DNA of 51,642 bases, the filler included, from Sphacelaria rigidula (lineage: Eukaryota): NCBI GenBank assembly GCA_964200075.2. It is 2 parts of 2 records of this genome, joined end to end, with 100 filler letters (N's around TTAATTAATTAA, not from the genome) between each part and the next. Parts side by side here need not be neighbours in the genome. Positions count along the whole stretch, not along the records: positions 25,901 to 51,642 come from CAXNAA020000156.1; 1 more part is not named here. One strand, written 5' to 3'. The notes beneath the pieces are model-generated. The model was not told the origin of the DNA. It was given only the letters and a program-made list of their open reading frames with translations, and ran no database searches. Positions 48,801 through 51,642 of this stretch are shown piece after piece (the stretch's first letter is position 1; each line of letters begins with the position of its first letter). Both the position numbers and the translations under genes were made by a program.

Positions 48801-50265
48801 TAGCGCACCTGACGCCGAAGATCAAGCACCTCCTTCGCAAAATTTGCAAACACAAGGCCCAGGAGGGCTACATCCGCGAGGAACGTCAACCTGAGTAGCA
48901 GTAGGGTCAGCGTTCATGTTGGGAGTAGCGTTCATGTTCGGAGTAGAGTTAGTGATTAGGGATTTAGGGGTTACTTTCGACGTGCGGAGAGCGATGCAAT
49001 CAAAGTGTCCACTACATGCGGTCGCCCCGGTGGCTCAGTTGTTTACCTCGGATCCTTCTCACGGTTTGGCCGTGGGTTCGAACCTCAGTGCAGTCACACG
49101 ATCTGGGATTTGTTCTCGCACAATGCCCAACAGTGGAGAGCGACCATGTTGTCGGTACACCAAACTCGACTTCAACGTCGACGAGGGAAAGCGAGTGCTG
49201 AATCCCTCTCGCGATAAAAATTAGGCGAGCACCGCAGAAAGAAGGTGGACTACAAAAACAAAAAAGTAATAAACAACTTCTGTGTTGGCCTTCCTCCTGT
49301 GTGACCCTGGCTGATGCACCCACATATACCGAAAGGTGCAGACTGGCGTCCAGAAAAGATGGGGTGATAACACACTACACTATACATAAACTACTGATTC
49401 GTGAAGGTTTTCAAAACACTGGTTCTTGCCACTCTCGGCACAAAAAGAAACATGCTCACTTGAGCACTATACATATAGTGTGTGTAGGATAAACGTTAGG
49501 AGTGAGGTGCATGAAGATTCAAGGGTGCACATTGTCTCAAACGGCCGTGGCACTTTTGCCATGATTCACATTGCGCCTGTCCTGCGTTCACGTAGCATAA
49601 ATAGCAGCCGAATTTTAGGTATATCGGCAAAATCTAATGAGCACTTTCGCATGAAAAATAAACGAACGGCATAGGTACTATCATCACGCCGCCGATCATC
49701 GAGCACGCCTCTATGCTTCGGGAACCCCAAACGTACAACCTGAAATGCTTCGCAGTCAACGGTATGCACACCCTAACATGCGGAGCAGTCAACGACACAT
49801 ACATTTATGTGCCTGTTAAGGCTTTGCCCACCGTCAAACCCTGACCCAAGAGGACCAAATAGATGGGTACCATACGTCAACGTAGTTTGCCATATCCAAG
49901 ATGTACAGAAGGTAGTTTGGCCAGCTGACGGGTGAGTCACCGCTTGTTGTGTTTGATCGCGATTGGATGTTTGCCCGTACACAGAAAGGCATTGCCATGC
50001 GGTACCTGTCAACGCCCCATCCCCCAGATTCGCCTTCGACGCGTTCCAACCAATCCTCTGCACCCTCTCCCGCCGCAATATGACGCAATGCGGTGAAAGA
50101 GTTGAAGGAGTTGAATGTGATGTACACCGGATGGGTCAACGGCAAGCCCCCCTCTGCCGGAGTTTCCAGGAGGATCCTTGCGTACACATGTTTTCTCGAC
50201 GTCAAGCTGCTAAAGGCCATTTCCAAGGAGACGGCTCGTGTGGCCTCGTCGATCCATCCGTCGGC
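42897..50265 (-). CDS. Polycystin-2/TRPP (PKD2-like) cation channel; at least 7 exons, 5' part unresolved
   Basis: Exons 50265-~49871, 48890-48809, 47768-47623, 46794-46655, 45078-45015, 43614-43483 and 43032-42906 splice in phase. They give GWIDEATRAVSLE..ETPAEGG (polycystin domain), S2 ..FAKEVLDLRRQGHFYFLSLANLFD (S3), YVDLRPL, LLLVWVKLM..LVKMI (S4), S5, pore SLGEISF and S6 MLNLLVSLLNDLYEE. No stops in these exons. Confidence 0.85.
42906..43032 (-). CDS. TRPP exon (S6)
   Basis: YIFAALFAVVVVVVMLNLLVSLLNDLYEELKILATADWCRAQ, then either a GT donor at 42905 or read-through VQ* to 42897. Confidence 0.9.
43483..43614 (-). CDS. TRPP exon (pore loop)
   Basis: YTLLGQLRSSHRSMSATLATQYPESLGEISFEDIDDENLYSTW. 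Phase 2/2. Confidence 0.8.
45015..45078 (-). CDS. TRPP exon (S5)
   Basis: cacAG|GA KLLRSFMPLVAIIYMGWSFA AG|GTAAG. Confidence 0.85.
46655..46794 (-). CDS. TRPP exon (S4)
   Basis: PLVELELTERQWVATVLLLVWVKLMDPLQSVFQDVFLLVKMITLMI-G|GCAAGT (GC donor). Confidence 0.85.
47405..47547 (-). mobile_element. Short (CAA)n-tailed retroposon end, copy 3
   Basis: (GTT/GTC)n tract at 47405-47457 followed by a body homologous to 27320-27412. Confidence 0.6.
47623..47768 (-). CDS. TRPP exon (S3)
   Basis: GHFYFLSLANLFDVLLIAGHWIIFGLY...QYVDL-R|GCAAGT (GC donor). Confidence 0.85.
48809..48890 (-). CDS. TRPP exon (S2)
   Basis: tcAG|G LTFLADVALLGLVFANFAKEVLDLRRQ|GTGCGC. Confidence 0.8.
49024..49380 (+). mobile_element. 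tRNA-derived SINE, copy 1
   Basis: A box tggctcagttg, B box gttcgaacc, about 280-bp body shared with copy 2, CA-rich tail. Confidence 0.8.
49871..50265 (-). CDS. TRPP exon (polycystin domain end); 3' boundary uncertain
   Basis: tatAG|ADGWIDEATRAVSLEMAF...ILLETPAEGGLP. The donor at 49870 (TG|GTACCC) was chosen only for phase. Confidence 0.65.
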
Positions 50266-50928
50266 CTATAATATTGGGGAAACTTTATGAATGAAACCCT
50301 TGAGTGTCAACGTGACCCAAACATCAGAAAGATAGCCCAAGAAGGGGATTGTACAGGCAGTAGGGAAAATACAGGGGGGAGCTGGGCAAAACCGTCCTTT
50401 CTGACTGCAAGGAACGAACAACAGCAACGTTTTGTCAGGTAGGTTGTCGATAACCCCCTTAAAACGTTTCATGCGTACTTCACGACCCACCCGACGTGTA
50501 AGCAATACTTGTAGGCTTACCAGCAGTGCTGGAGTCTTATGACGCCTTGTCCTGGTGGTCACCCATCGTTCGTTTATCCTTTTAACCATCGCTATCGTTC
50601 TTCTTTTCTTTTATTCTGGTGAATCAAGGAGGCTCTCAAGAGTCGCCTGCTTGGAAATGATCCTAAGCCGTTTTCTAGTATTATAAACATATCTGACACG
50701 ATCATATCCGACGCAAACCATGTTGTCTATATGTTGCATACTAACTTCATTCATCGAACACGGCCTAATCTCCTGCTCAATTTCTTCGTTTGTACAAAGT
50801 TAGCGGATGCATGGACAACACTGCAGTGGCCGTCCTCAGAGTTAACTCTGAAACGTTTGCCGACTGAGGAACCGTTTGTCGATTGAGTACTAGGCAAGGA
50901 TGTTATTTCCCTCTGACCAATGGCGATC

Positions 50929-51504
50929 GCCCCGGTGGCTCAGTTGGTAACCACGAATCCCTCTGACGATTGAGTTGTGAGTTCGAATCTCAGTGCAGTC
51001 ACACGATGTAGATTTTTCTTTCACACTATGCTCAACAGTGGAGAACGACTATGTCGTGGGCACACAAAATTCGACTTCACGGTCGACGAGGGAAGGGGAT
51101 CGCTGAGCCCCTCTTGCAAAGAAAACTAGGGCGAGTGTAATGCGTGGGAGGACCGCGTGCTCAGAGGACCACACCGGAATCCCAGCACTCCCATGCTTAG
51201 GGTTAGGGTTAGGGTCAGTGTTGGGGTTGGGGTCAGGGGCGTGGTCCCTGCAGGGACTGGTCCGATTGGTGTTGGTATACGTCGATCCTGAGGTGTTTCG
51301 AGCTAGGGTGCGGTCCTCTAAGCACGCGGTCCTCTCACGCATTACAGCGAGCACCACAGGAAGAAGGCGGAGTACTAAAACGAAACAGTAATAAAACCTC
51401 CTGTGTTGACCTTCTTCCTGTGTGACCCGGCTGGTGCACCCACATATACCGGAAGGTGTAGACTGGCGTCCAGAATAGATGGGATGACAACACACACACA
51501 CACA
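50929..51504 (+). mobile_element. tRNA-derived SINE, copy 2, interrupted by a MITE
   Basis: A box tggctcagttggt, B box gttcgaatc, (CA)n tail. Colinear with copy 1 except for 51136-51351. Confidence 0.8.
51136..51346. mobile_element. 211-bp TGT...ACA MITE with 35-bp TIRs, 5-bp TSD and internal TTAGGG repeats
   Basis: GCGAG|tgtaatgcgtgggaggaccgcgtgctcagaggacc ... ggtcctctaagcacgcggtcctctcacgcattaca|GCGAG. The paralogous SINE at 49225 has a single GCGAG (empty site). Confidence 0.9.
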
Positions 51505-51642
51505 ACATGGGCGTTTGTCTTTATCCTGGCGGGTTTCACTCTATATGAGTACGGTTCTTAGCTAACCCCTTATTCCCCGCTGTATTTCATTTTGGGCAAT
51601 GGCCTAGAAAAGGTATACCTTCTGGTTCTTTGCCTAAGAAAG

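Noticed and set aside
49024-49100. tRNA gene (also 50929-51002)
   Set aside because: A and B boxes are present, but there is no paired acceptor stem and both copies continue into a shared 280-bp body and CA tail, so these are SINE heads.
51197-51239. True telomere
   Set aside because: Only three perfect units, internal to a TIR element.

Overview
Eukaryotic, repeat-rich genomic DNA with about 50% GC, long GT/GC-AG introns and TTAGGG-type repeats. The style suggests a brown alga or other stramenopile, which is an inference. There are three main components. (1) A decayed, intron-rich DDE transposase gene of the CMC (CACTA/Mirage/Chapaev)/Plavaka-like group. I could splice it by hand into 8 phase-compatible exons across 22.3 kb (1183-23522, +, about 1,360 codons). 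Its introns are packed with nested MITEs, and it is followed by a convergent, degraded JmjC-like (cupin) coding region (about 24016-25683, -) that may be cargo of the same element. (2) A full-length but dead Ty3/Gypsy LTR retrotransposon (32405-38207) with 269-bp LTRs and an ACTC target-site duplication, next to a 1.77-kb foldback element. (3) At least 7 exons of a polycystin/TRPP (PKD2-like) cation-channel gene on the minus strand (about 42900-50265), with tRNA-derived SINEs in and near it. There are two assembly gaps (22195-22204 with poly-C flanks; 25801-25900 with an artificial linker). All calls come from manual reading and translation; no database search was run.
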